Shown piece by piece: positions 29,901 through 37,809 of a stretch of 51,733 nucleotides of DNA; within the stretch, counting starts at the first letter, position 1; each line of letters opens with the position of its first letter. The notes below the pieces were generated by a model. That model saw nothing but the letters and a program-made list of their open reading frames with translations. It searched no databases and was not told the DNA's origin. Made by a program: the position numbers and the translations under genes. The stretch comes from an uncultured Roseicyclus sp. (GTDB lineage Bacteria; Pseudomonadota; Alphaproteobacteria; Rhodobacterales; Rhodobacteraceae): the NCBI GenBank assembly GCA_964525355.1, contig CAZGHJ010000001.1, positions 1 through 51,733 of the forward strand, written 5' to 3'.

Positions 29901-31043
29901 CGCCGCAGCCGCGAGAATGTCGACGCGGTCTTCGAGGGGGACGATATCCTCTCCGTGTGGCACCCGGCCTTTTCCGAGCCGCTGAGCCTCGACACGCGGC
30001 AAGGCTGGATCGACAGCTGGACATTCGCACCGGACGGCTATGGCCTGCTGACGGGTGGCCGGGATGGCACGGTGCGGCTTTGGGACTTGCGGCCGAAAAC
30101 CGTCAGCGTGGAAATTCCCGCCGCCCAGGCCATGGCCGTCGCCCTCTCGCGCGACCGCATCGCGACGGCCGACCGGGACGGGCACATCCGTCTGCTGTCG
30201 AGCGACGGCGCGCCGATGCGGGATATCCCCGCGCCGACCGGAAACTACGTCCCGAGGCTTGCGTCCGGTTTCGACGGTCGGTTCGCCGCCATCCTGCGCG
30301 ACCGGTCGGCCCTGCTGCTCGATGCGGATGGAGAGGTTTCGCTTCGGTCGCAGCCGGCATGGCGTGAAACCCTGGGCGCAGGGTTTCTCGAGAACGGCGA
30401 TTTCTGGTTCGCCTCCCTGCTCGGCGACAGCGTGGTGTTCCGGGACGCGGCCGGCGTGGTCCAATCCACGACACCGCCGCTCGATCCGGGCATCTGGCGC
30501 GTCGTGCGCAGTGGCGACGGAGCGTTTTTCGCCACGTTGAACGGCGCCGGCGGGGCGACGGTCCGGGACGGAGCCGGGACCGAGGTCTTCCGGTTCCCGC
30601 CGCCCACGCTGGGTCTCGTGTTCCGCCCCGCATCGCGGGAGTTCGCCACCGCCGGCCGCGACGGATATGTGAGGCTCTGGGATGGCGAAGGCGGAGAGCT
30701 TCATGCCTTCCCCAATTTCCTGAACGGGGCGACGATTGCCGCCTTCAGCCCCGACGGAGAGGTCATCGCGACCGCCGGGCTGGACGGGACCGCAAGGATC
30801 TGGAACGTCGACAGCCGCCAGATGTTGCAGGCCTGCGCCTCCGGCCGGCAGGGGCAGGTCTTCGACTTGGCCTTCGACCCGTCCGGCACCCTGATGACGA
30901 TGGTGGCCAACGATGGCAGCCTGCACCAGTGCCGGCTCGAGAGCCTTGGGGATCTGGTCGACCGGGCCTGCGACTGGATCGGCGACTACCTGCGCAACGG
31001 CTCGGGGGTCGAGGACAGGCATCGCGGCCTGTGTTCGCGGTAG
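26952..31043 (+). CDS. TIR - nSTAND1 P-loop NTPase - TM/coiled coil - WD40 repeat protein (NLR-like)
   Basis: TIR IFISHSS..WCGKEF; PYTGL..FFGRE; Walker A GASGCGKSS; Walker B PIDQAEELF; VEPAHEALLRQW; hydrophobic AGLLVSLLLLVVAGAAAISAAI; WD repeats (TGGRDGTVRLWDL, TAGLDGTARIWNV). Confidence 0.9.
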   Translation: MSRIFISHSSGDNAAAVALKDWLLENGWSDVFLDLDPDRGIRAGERWERALHDAAYRCQAIIFLVSRNWLASQWCGKEFDLAAKLNKRMFGVLIDDFAIRDLPPRFTDTWQFTNLAAGQDHEVFRAILPPDDREAHVTFSRSGLRRLKAGLQAAGLDPRFFEWPPQDDPDRAPYTGLPPMEEADAGIFFGREADIVRALDDLRGLARRGPPRLFVIEGASGCGKSSFLRAGLIPRLRRDSRSYLVLPTIRPEQAAIDGARGLVASLTTAFAEAGAPRNRADLREVAGAPERLETALADLAGHATVPAMPGEAEARPPAVVVPIDQAEELFQSAGREQGRRLLGLLSTVIRSRSLRLVVVFTIRTDDYEPLQTAAEFEGMAQHIFGLAPIPIGRLGSIIEGPARRVTESTLTDRRLTIDPALVARLLKDLQQGASADVMPLCAFILERLWRDYGADGKLTLAEYESAEQGLGGIRGAIEGAVAAAFAEPERAPAIPRDPDARAALLRRAMIPALAAIDPETRTPRRRVARMSEIPEDARALVERLVEARLLTTDLSPGMQERTVEPAHEALLRQWTLMETWLQEDARDLLVLDGVERAASDWQEHGAADAWLAHSGGRLEDAERLRRRADFAARLSGAQGAYLDACHAAETARRDRELADARRIAAAETAQASEARRRMRATRAGLLVSLLLLVVAGAAAISAAISNGRLTATNDLLAATNDDLAESKAAADAAADAARAAQRAAQDSAAQAEVQRERADAERRRAELGQIEALVSASAAQLPGSDDRDGLAALVDGLEAATKIEAMPDIPPVLRDRATETLRRAISGVWERNRLDALDGRVIAVAASPDGARFGAVDTEGTIALWSRSGALLKTIRPGSADIWVSSASFDDRFDRVAMVYATTTPDGSITPDSETRLTVWDLDTGEGRIVRDGPRDWAYYVDFAAGGTLLATSWRDTTSWWTLDGAPVRDPVTAQVEFEMPSERRSRENVDAVFEGDDILSVWHPAFSEPLSLDTRQGWIDSWTFAPDGYGLLTGGRDGTVRLWDLRPKTVSVEIPAAQAMAVALSRDRIATADRDGHIRLLSSDGAPMRDIPAPTGNYVPRLASGFDGRFAAILRDRSALLLDADGEVSLRSQPAWRETLGAGFLENGDFWFASLLGDSVVFRDAAGVVQSTTPPLDPGIWRVVRSGDGAFFATLNGAGGATVRDGAGTEVFRFPPPTLGLVFRPASREFATAGRDGYVRLWDGEGGELHAFPNFLNGATIAAFSPDGEVIATAGLDGTARIWNVDSRQMLQACASGRQGQVFDLAFDPSGTLMTMVANDGSLHQCRLESLGDLVDRACDWIGDYLRNGSGVEDRHRGLCSR

Positions 31044-31078
31044 CCTGTCGCGGTCGGGCGCCCTGTCGGCCGCGCCCG

Positions 31079-31092
31079 TTGCTCGCGGTCAA
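31079..31092 (+). promoter_or_regulatory. FNR/FixK-type box upstream of the BON gene
   Basis: TTGCT-cgcg-GTCAA, with CAGACT 22 nt downstream. Confidence 0.55.
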
Positions 31093-31150
31093 TGCCGGGG
31101 CCGGGGCGGCGCGGCAGACTGTCCCGCGTTCGTCATGGACGGAGGTGAAG

Positions 31151-31798
31151 ATGACCGACAAGCAATTGAGACTGGACATCATCGAAGAGCTCGACTTCGA
31201 GCCGAGCATCGATGCCGCCGATATCGGGATCGCCGTCGATCAGGGCGTGGTGACCCTCACCGGCCATGTACGCAGCCTGAGCGAAAAGATCACGGCGCTG
31301 GAGATCGTGGAGACGGTGCTGGGCGTGCGGGCGATCGCGGACGAGATCGAGGTGCGCCCGATCGGCATGCACGTCACCGCCGATGACGAGGTCGCCAAAC
31401 GGGTCGCCAACACGCTGAAATGGAACACCTCGGTGCCGGAGGACAAGGTGCATGTCACCGTCAAGACCGGGCGCGTCACCCTGGAGGGCGAGGTCGAGTG
31501 GCGCTATCAGTCCGACGCGGCCGAGCGTGCCATCTGCCATCTCACGGGCGTGACGGGCATCGACAACCGCCTCGAGGTCAAGCCCCTGGTCAAGGCCGAG
31601 GACGTGTCCGACCGGATCAGGAAGGCGCTCCTGCGCGACGCGGAACTCGATGCCTCGGGCATCCGCGTGGCGGTGGAGGACGGCACGGTGACGCTCGAGG
31701 GCAAGGTGCGGTACCTGGGCGAGCGCAAATGCGCCGAGCGCGCGGCCTGGGCGGCGCCCGGCGTGACGAAGGTCATAGATCACCTCGCGGTGCAGTGA
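31151..31798 (+). CDS. Triple BON domain protein (OsmY-like)
   Basis: GVVTLTGHV, GRVTLEGEV, GTVTLEGKV..AAWAAPGV; GGAGG RBS. Confidence 0.92.
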   Translation: MTDKQLRLDIIEELDFEPSIDAADIGIAVDQGVVTLTGHVRSLSEKITALEIVETVLGVRAIADEIEVRPIGMHVTADDEVAKRVANTLKWNTSVPEDKVHVTVKTGRVTLEGEVEWRYQSDAAERAICHLTGVTGIDNRLEVKPLVKAEDVSDRIRKALLRDAELDASGIRVAVEDGTVTLEGKVRYLGERKCAERAAWAAPGVTKVIDHLAVQ

Positions 31799-32526
31799 GG
31801 ACGTGATCCCTCGCCGTTGCCTTTTGGCGCGGCGATGGGCCGGGCACGCGCCGCCAGTCGAAGCCCGCGGGGACGCGTGCGGGCGGCCCGCACGGCCGGG
31901 CCCGCCGCGGTTCGACCGCAAGGCGCAGATCCCGATGCGGGCTTGCGCGCGAGCATCGTCGCGTCGCGCGGCGCTTTTGCGCGCGACATCGCTTCGGCGG
32001 CCTCCTGTCACGGGCTGCGTAACCGGGCTATCGCCGCGGGCGTTCGTCTCGTTCCATGGACCGGCGATGGCATCCGTCGCTGCGGCGCTCCGTTCCTCGT
32101 CGTCCTTGCATGTGCGTGACGAACGGTGTCGCGCCGGGCGGGCGTCCCGTGGCACTTGAATCTTGTACAGGATCGTGCTCTGCCCCGAGGTGCCGTCGCG
32201 CCTGGTCAGCCTGTCGCTTCGGCGCCCGCCCGTGCACCCGTGTGCGCGGCCGGCTTTGCAATGACCGGCGCTCCGGCGCAACCGGCTGCGGACACGGGCG
32301 CGCGCAATCTGCCGATCCGCGCCCGGCGATGCGGGTCTTGGCGCAGTCGGTCACGACCGGGTTGTCGTTGCCGCAGCGCCGCGCCGGAATGCGCGCGACG
32401 GCCTGCCATGCATCTTCTGTCGGATCGGTCCTGCGTCACGGGGCCAAACCCACCGCATCGCCGGCGGCTTGGGCCGCGGCGTCGACCGTGATCTCTGCCT
32501 TCCGCCGGTCGGGCAGGGCGGGAATT

Positions 32527-32571
32527 GGCCCCGGCAGTCCGGATTGGATGGAACTGCAGACTGCCGGGGCC
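32527..32571. terminator. Strong hairpin downstream of hsp20 (possible terminator)
   Basis: Perfect 13-bp stem GGCCCCGGCAGTC/GACTGCCGGGGCC with a 19-nt loop; no clear U-tract. Confidence 0.4.
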
Positions 32572-32626
32572 GGGACGCGCCGCACCGGGGATCGGCGGCG
32601 CGAACAGGGGCAAGCGCGCCGCGCGT

Positions 32627-33151
32627 TCAGGCTGCGGGCTTGATCTCGACCTTGCGTTCCTTCTGCTTGGCTTCGGGCGTTTTCGGCAGCGTCACGGTCA
32701 GAACGCCGTTCGCGAAATCGGCCGAGATCGCGTCGGTATCGACGCCCGAGGGAAGCGCGAGGCTGCGCTGGAACGCGCCGTAGCGGCGCTCGCTCAGGAG
32801 GTAATCCTCCTTTTCCTCCTTCTTCTCCTCGGACTTCTCGCCACGAATGGTGATCGTGCCGTCCGTGAGCTTGATGGAGATGTCGTCGGCGGTCATTCCG
32901 GGCAGTTCGGCTGTGATCCTGTACTCGCCGTTGCAATCCACCACCTCGGTGGCCGGCCGCAGCGCCCAGTCGTCCCCCCTCGGCAGCCAGCCCTGCACCC
33001 GGCGCGACATCGGATGGTGCCAGAGCCCCGAGCCGAAATCGTCGAACAGCCGGTCGATCTCGTGCCGGAGCGACTGCATCGGCGGCCAGCCCTCGGGCGC
33101 CGCCGGCGCCGCGTCCTTGTGAACGTCAACCTCGGATTTCTTCCTGGACAT
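32627..33151 (-). CDS. Hsp20/alpha-crystallin small heat shock protein
   Basis: ITAELPG..GEK..ERRYGAFQRSLALP..FANGVLTVTLPK. Confidence 0.93.
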   Translation of the reverse strand: MSRKKSEVDVHKDAAPAAPEGWPPMQSLRHEIDRLFDDFGSGLWHHPMSRRVQGWLPRGDDWALRPATEVVDCNGEYRITAELPGMTADDISIKLTDGTITIRGEKSEEKKEEKEDYLLSERRYGAFQRSLALPSGVDTDAISADFANGVLTVTLPKTPEAKQKERKVEIKPAA

Positions 33152-33215
33152 CTTCGGGTCTCCTTCTGGTATCTCCGCGCCTTGGCGGGGGCAGGGGAAA
33201 TGCACGGCGGCCAAC

Positions 33216-34085
33216 CTACGGAGCCGGCCTGCGCCCCGCATTGACGGCGGTCAGCCGCTCCGCGCCGTGCGTTGCGTCCGGTCCGGGCGCCCGCAGGGTC
33301 GATACGCCCGGCCCGGATGGCCTCGGCCGGGGCATGTCGACGCCCGCGATGATGGCGAGGCGCGTCAGATCGGTGATCCTGAAGCGGTAGGGCGAAAGCG
33401 CGGTGACAAGACGCTTTTCCTCGAGGTAGCGCAGCGTCCGGCTGATGGTCTCGACGGCCGTGTTGGTCAGGTCCGCCCAGTCGCGCCGGTCGATCTCCAT
33501 GCTCAGCACGAGGCCACCACCCGGAAGGGTCTCGACCGGCATGAAGGCGGTCGCGGCCACGAGAAAGGCGATGATCCGCTCGCGGCTGGTAAGCCCGCCA
33601 TACTGCCAGAGCGCGTCCAGCTGGCGGTGGTGCTGGTCCTCCACTTCGCGCAGAAGCTGCGAGGCGGCGCGATGGTTGTGCGCCATGATCCATTGCAGCG
33701 CGCCGCTGTCGTAGAAACAGATCTCGACCTCGGTGGCGGCCTCGAGATCGCAGGCGAACCCGTGGCCGGGCAGGCCGGTCAGGATGTCCCCGGGCACGGC
33801 AAGTTCCAGCAGGATGCGCTTGCCGTCGACCCGCATCGTCGAGCGACGCGCGTAGCCGCGCGTCATCACGCCGAGCCCCGGGGCCGCGCCGTGTTCGAAG
33901 ATCACCTGTCCCTTGGAAAATCGCCGGACGGTCGGGACGCTGCTCAGCGAGGGGCGCGTCTCCGCCATGGCCCGGCACAGGGCCGCGCCGCGCATGGCGC
34001 AGAACCGGCAGCGCTCCGCCATGGCGTAGGGCGCGCCCCGCGCCGCATCGCGCCCGGACTCCGTCGGCCTGAAATGCCGGCTCAT
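33216..34085 (-). CDS. Crp/Fnr family regulator, FnrL/FnrN-like (Cys-containing)
   Basis: N-terminal C-x2-C-x7-C (CRFCAMRGAALC), central EICFY, recognition helix ETISR; ATGA-coupled to the upstream gene. Confidence 0.88.
   Translation of the reverse strand: MSRHFRPTESGRDAARGAPYAMAERCRFCAMRGAALCRAMAETRPSLSSVPTVRRFSKGQVIFEHGAAPGLGVMTRGYARRSTMRVDGKRILLELAVPGDILTGLPGHGFACDLEAATEVEICFYDSGALQWIMAHNHRAASQLLREVEDQHHRQLDALWQYGGLTSRERIIAFLVAATAFMPVETLPGGGLVLSMEIDRRDWADLTNTAVETISRTLRYLEEKRLVTALSPYRFRITDLTRLAIIAGVDMPRPRPSGPGVSTLRAPGPDATHGAERLTAVNAGRRPAP
33241..33254 (-). promoter_or_regulatory. FNR-type box upstream of hsp20
   Basis: TTGAC-ggcg-GTCAG, 90 bp before the hsp20 start. Confidence 0.55.
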
Positions 34086-34543
34086 GTCATCGGCTCCGCG
34101 CGCACCGCGGCGATCACATGCGCGCGCAGATCATCCTCGGAGAGGTTCATCAGGTTGAGATCCTTCTCGAGGATCACCGCGTCGCGCAGCGCGGCCGGCA
34201 TCTCCTTGCGCAGGATGCCCAGCATCTTCGGCGCCGCGAAAATCGCCAGATGCGTCATGTGGCCGGAGCGGGCATGGCGCACCAGCACGGCCAGGGTCTC
34301 GGCCGCGAAATCCTGCATGTCGCGCAGGACGGGGTCCGATCCGGGCTCCATCGCCGAGCGCTGGCCCGTCTGCGTCGAGGCGAAGCTGCGCCCCGCCTTG
34401 TCGCTCAGAAGATCGCGCAGATGGGTCGACGGGGCCTTGCTCACGATCTCGATCGGCGCCTCGGCGTCGCCGTCTTCCAACCCGCGCAGAATGCGCGCGT
34501 GTACGCCGTCGGTCACGAGTGCCCAGGTTTTTCTCCGCGCCAC
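34082..34543 (-). CDS. Host attachment protein/baeRF (bacterial archaeo-eukaryotic release factor) family
   Basis: TWALVTDGVHARI, DKAGRSF, FA..L, LAIFAAPKMLGILR..EKDL; GGAGG RBS before GTG 34543. Confidence 0.8.
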   Translation of the reverse strand: MARRKTWALVTDGVHARILRGLEDGDAEAPIEIVSKAPSTHLRDLLSDKAGRSFASTQTGQRSAMEPGSDPVLRDMQDFAAETLAVLVRHARSGHMTHLAIFAAPKMLGILRKEMPAALRDAVILEKDLNLMNLSEDDLRAHVIAAVRAEPMT

Positions 34544-34603
34544 ATCCCCCTCCCACGGCATATGAAGTGCCGTCATCACAGCGCGACTCGGGGGCTGCGG
34601 TCA

Positions 34604-34617
34604 TTGACAGCTGTCAA
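34604..34617. promoter_or_regulatory. Perfect palindromic FNR/Crp-type box between divergent units
   Basis: TTGACAGCTGTCAA. Confidence 0.75.
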
Positions 34618-34747
34618 CGCGGCCCCGCGGCGGGCAAAACGTCGCTCGGTACCAGCCGGCCCGTTTCACGGATCATTGTTTTCGTGTACTATCTATACTA
34701 TCAACATTTTTCCGCCCTCGGGGCCGGACGGTAAAGCGGGCGGAAAC

Positions 34748-35518
34748 ATGACGAACCCTGACAAGACGGTGCGACCTTGTTCGACCGGGTCATCCCCGTT
34801 TCGCGACGTGCCTGCCGAAACGCGGGCCGAGCTGGACCGGCTCTGTCGCGTCAGGCGGTATTGCGCGGGCCGGGCGGTGCTCGAGGAAGCCACCGTCACG
34901 GATTTCGTCGGCACGGTTCGATCCGGCATCCTGCGCATGCAGAAGACGCTGGCCGATGGCCGGCAGCATGTCGTCGGCCTCCTGGTCGAGGGCGACATGT
35001 TCGGGCGCGTGTTCGACGGTGCGGTCGAGTTCTCGATCGAGGCGGCGACCGATGCCGAGGTCTGCGTCTTCCCGCGGGCCCCGTTCGAGGCGCTCCTGAT
35101 GCGCTCGCCCGAGCTGGATCGCGCCGTCCTGCTGAACGTGCTCAACGAACTGGACCGGGCGCGCGACTGGATGATCATCCTGTCGAACCAGAAGATCACC
35201 AGCCGGCTGTGCGGGTTCCTGATCCTGATCTGTTCGCGTTTCGCCGCCGTGGATCATCTTGTCCAGGCGAAAGGCGACGGTATCGAGGTCAGGATCCCGA
35301 TCAGCCGGACGGATCTCGCGCATCTTCTCGGCACGCGGCCGGAATCGCTCTCGCGCGCGTTCCATGCGCTCGCCGACGAGGGGGTGATCGACCTGCTCGG
35401 GCCGGACCGGGTGTTCTTGCGGGATCTGGGGGCGCTGGCCGAGCGGGCCGGCGAGGACGAGGTGACGGCCGTCCCGCGTCTGCGCGATCTGATCGGGGCC
35501 ATGAGCCCCGCGCGCTGA
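34748..35518 (+). CDS. Crp/Fnr family regulator (FixK-like, lacks the N-terminal Cys triad)
   Basis: DGRQHVVGLLVEGDMFG; ISRTDLAHLLGTRPESLSRAF HTH. Confidence 0.88.
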   Translation: MTNPDKTVRPCSTGSSPFRDVPAETRAELDRLCRVRRYCAGRAVLEEATVTDFVGTVRSGILRMQKTLADGRQHVVGLLVEGDMFGRVFDGAVEFSIEAATDAEVCVFPRAPFEALLMRSPELDRAVLLNVLNELDRARDWMIILSNQKITSRLCGFLILICSRFAAVDHLVQAKGDGIEVRIPISRTDLAHLLGTRPESLSRAFHALADEGVIDLLGPDRVFLRDLGALAERAGEDEVTAVPRLRDLIGAMSPAR

Positions 35519-35582
35519 GCACCACCCGACGGCCGATCACCCCGCGCGCCCTCAGGCACGCACGGGGCGCGGATGGCGCAGA

Positions 35583-36158
35583 TCAGGTGCTCCAGTCATG
35601 CACATGCACGTCGCGGCCGGAATGGCCGCGCATGATGTCCTGCGCGAGCCTTTGCCGCTCCGCGTCCCGGGTGCGGACCCACAGCAGCAGCCCGCCATGC
35701 TTCACCTGTTCGGCGTAGTAGTCCTTGTGATGCCGGCCCACGCGCCTGGCCAGAAGCGCGCCGATCACCGCGGCGGGCCCGCCGCCGATGGCGATGGCCG
35801 CGATGGACGCCGCCAGCGTGCTTGCGGGGGTCAGCAGCGCGGCCATCGCCACGTAGGAGCCGATGAAGAAGAACCCGCCGGCGATGGCGCCTTCAAGCTC
35901 GCCGATGGCCTCTTCGGAGACAAAGGCGGCCCGCGGCGTTCGCGGGTCGTCCTCCAGGTCGTCCGAGCGCCAGAAGCGCTGGCCGAGCTTTTCCTCGATG
36001 GCCTTGTCTTCGGCCAGAAGGCTGATGTCGTGGCGGCTGAAGCCCGCGATCATCAGGTCGTAGATCGCCGCCTGCAACGTCTCCACCGTGTCGAAGACCC
36101 CGACCGCCTCCGGCACCCGGATGACGGCGGTGCTCTCGTGCTTTTCCGTTTCATCCAT
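35583..36158 (-). CDS. Hypothetical membrane protein, general stress protein-like
   Basis: AVGVFDT..AGFSRHDISLL; Gly/Ala-rich TM pair; YAEQVKHGGLLLWV; start overlaps the HPF stop. Confidence 0.7.
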   Translation of the reverse strand: MDETEKHESTAVIRVPEAVGVFDTVETLQAAIYDLMIAGFSRHDISLLAEDKAIEEKLGQRFWRSDDLEDDPRTPRAAFVSEEAIGELEGAIAGGFFFIGSYVAMAALLTPASTLAASIAAIAIGGGPAAVIGALLARRVGRHHKDYYAEQVKHGGLLLWVRTRDAERQRLAQDIMRGHSGRDVHVHDWST

Positions 36159-36720
36159 GTCGCGCACCTCGTTCGGCCAGCGAGACGGAGACGGCGAAGG
36201 GCCCCTTGTCGCCCTCGGTCTCGCGAAACCGCAATCGGCTGCCTTTCGACAGCCTGTCCCAGTCGTCCGATGTCAGGCTGTCGCGCTGGAAATAGACGCG
36301 GCGCCCGTCATCGGCGCGCAGCCAGCCATGGCCAAGTTCGGGCTCGAACTCCTCGATCAGGCCGTGCAGCACCGGGGGGTGATGCTTGACCTCGATGCCG
36401 GCCATCGTCTTCTTGCGTTTCTTCAATGCCGTTTCTGCGGCGGAGAACGCCCGGTTCACGGCCAGCATGAGGTCGTCCTGGGCGCTGCCCTGCGCGACTT
36501 CGCGCGAGATCGAGAGATCCGGGCCCGGCATGTGAAGGTTCAGCCTGACGCGGAAGACGCGCCCGTGGCGCTTGCGCTTCTGCGGCGCCTCGAGGGTCAC
36601 GTCGCAGCCGGTGATGCGCGCCTCGCGCTGCTCGAGCCTGGCGAGGCGCCGATGCACGAGATCATCGACGGCCGGTGAGGCGTCGATATTGTGGTAAGAC
36701 AGGATCGGTTGGGTTTCCAT
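36151..36720 (-). CDS. HPF/RaiA ribosome-associated protein fused to a cold-shock domain
   Basis: SYHNIDASPAV..ITGCDV..VRLNLHMPG..AVNRAF; C-terminal CSD HGWLRADDGRRVYFQR..GDKGPFA. Confidence 0.85.
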   Translation of the reverse strand: METQPILSYHNIDASPAVDDLVHRRLARLEQREARITGCDVTLEAPQKRKRHGRVFRVRLNLHMPGPDLSISREVAQGSAQDDLMLAVNRAFSAAETALKKRKKTMAGIEVKHHPPVLHGLIEEFEPELGHGWLRADDGRRVYFQRDSLTSDDWDRLSKGSRLRFRETEGDKGPFAVSVSLAERGARHG

Positions 36721-36755
36721 GCCCGTTGCCCTTCCTTTCGGCCCCGCGTCGCCGC

Positions 36756-37175
36756 TCAGGCGTGATGATCCGTCACCGCGTGCAGAAGCTCGCCCGACAA
36801 TTCGCGGCTGACCGCGTGAGAGATGTCGCCGAGGCTCAGCATCCCCACGAGCCGCTTGTTGTCGTCGATCACCGGCAGGCGGCGGATCTTCTTCTGGTCC
36901 ATCAGGTGGATGGCGTCCTCGACCGTCTCGGTCGTCCGGCAATAGACGATGCCCGTGGTCATGATCTCCTCGGCCGTGGTCCGGGCCGGGTCGCGGCCGG
37001 CCGCCACCACGCGCAGCGCGATATCCCGGTCGGTGACCATGCCGATCAGCTTGTCGTCCTTGCCGACGGGAACCGCGCCGATGTCGTCCTTCTGCATCAT
37101 CTTCGCCACCTCGCTGACGGGCATGTCGGCGCTGGCCCAGTCCGCGTGGCGGTGCATTGCCGCGGCGATCTCCAT
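36756..37175 (-). CDS. CBS domain pair protein
   Basis: DIGAVPV..IGMVTDRDI; KIRRLPVID..VGMLSLGDI. Confidence 0.92.
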   Translation of the reverse strand: MEIAAAMHRHADWASADMPVSEVAKMMQKDDIGAVPVGKDDKLIGMVTDRDIALRVVAAGRDPARTTAEEIMTTGIVYCRTTETVEDAIHLMDQKKIRRLPVIDDNKRLVGMLSLGDISHAVSRELSGELLHAVTDHHA

Positions 37176-37237
37176 GCTCGGATCTCCCTCTCCCAGAGTT
37201 GCCATGCACAGTCTACGGCCGCGCGCGGGCCGCCTCA

Positions 37238-37251
37238 TTGATGGACGTCAA
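37238..37251. promoter_or_regulatory. FNR-type box, bidirectional (CBS/DUF2267)
   Basis: TTGAT-ggac-GTCAA, about 62 bp from both start codons; TAGACT 22 nt away on the minus strand. Confidence 0.75.
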
Positions 37252-37312
37252 TGCACCCGCGCGGCGGTTGCGCGATCTGTCATGGGAACTTGTCCGCAAC
37301 GCAGGTGCCGCC

Positions 37313-37735
37313 ATGGCCGTAACCGGAATTTCGACCCTCGATCACGCCCCGCAGGTCTTTGCCGAATGGCTGAACGAGCTGTGCGACGACCTGGGCTGGC
37401 AGAAGCCGCGCGCCTATCTGCTGCTGTGCGAAACGCTGCACGCGGTGCGCGATTTCCTGACCGTGGACGAGGCGGCGGACCTTGCCGCGCAATTGCCCGT
37501 GCTGGTGCGCGGTGTCTTCTACGACGGCTGGGATCCGTCCCGCACGCCCGCCACGGCGCGCAGCAAGGCCGATCTGCTGGCCCGCGTCACGGCCCGGTTC
37601 CAGAAGGATCCGCTGGACGACCCCGAGCGCGCCGTGGCGGCCGTGTTCGACCTTTTGCGGCGCCACGTGTCCATGGGCGAGTTCGATCAGGTCAAGCGTG
37701 CCATGCGCAAGCCCATCCAGGAGCTCTGGGACTGA
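37313..37735 (+). CDS. DUF2267 domain protein
   Basis: WLNEL..AY..TLHAVRD..EAADLAAQLPVLVRGVFYDGW..AVFDLL..GE..PIQELW. Confidence 0.85.
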   Translation: MAVTGISTLDHAPQVFAEWLNELCDDLGWQKPRAYLLLCETLHAVRDFLTVDEAADLAAQLPVLVRGVFYDGWDPSRTPATARSKADLLARVTARFQKDPLDDPERAVAAVFDLLRRHVSMGEFDQVKRAMRKPIQELWD

Positions 37736-37809
37736 TGCGAGCCTGAGGTCGGAAGGCCGGCAACCCGTTGCGGGTGGCGTCAGGTGTCGCGCATGCCTTG
37801 CAGGCGGCG

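Noticed and set aside
26976-31022. Long minus-strand ORFs (771 aa, 404 aa) over the NLR gene
   Set aside because: Antisense shadows with no recognisable domains.
36151-37209. 352-aa ORF suggesting an extended HPF protein
   Set aside because: The upstream part overlaps the CBS gene in another frame; the real start is Met 36720 with an RBS.
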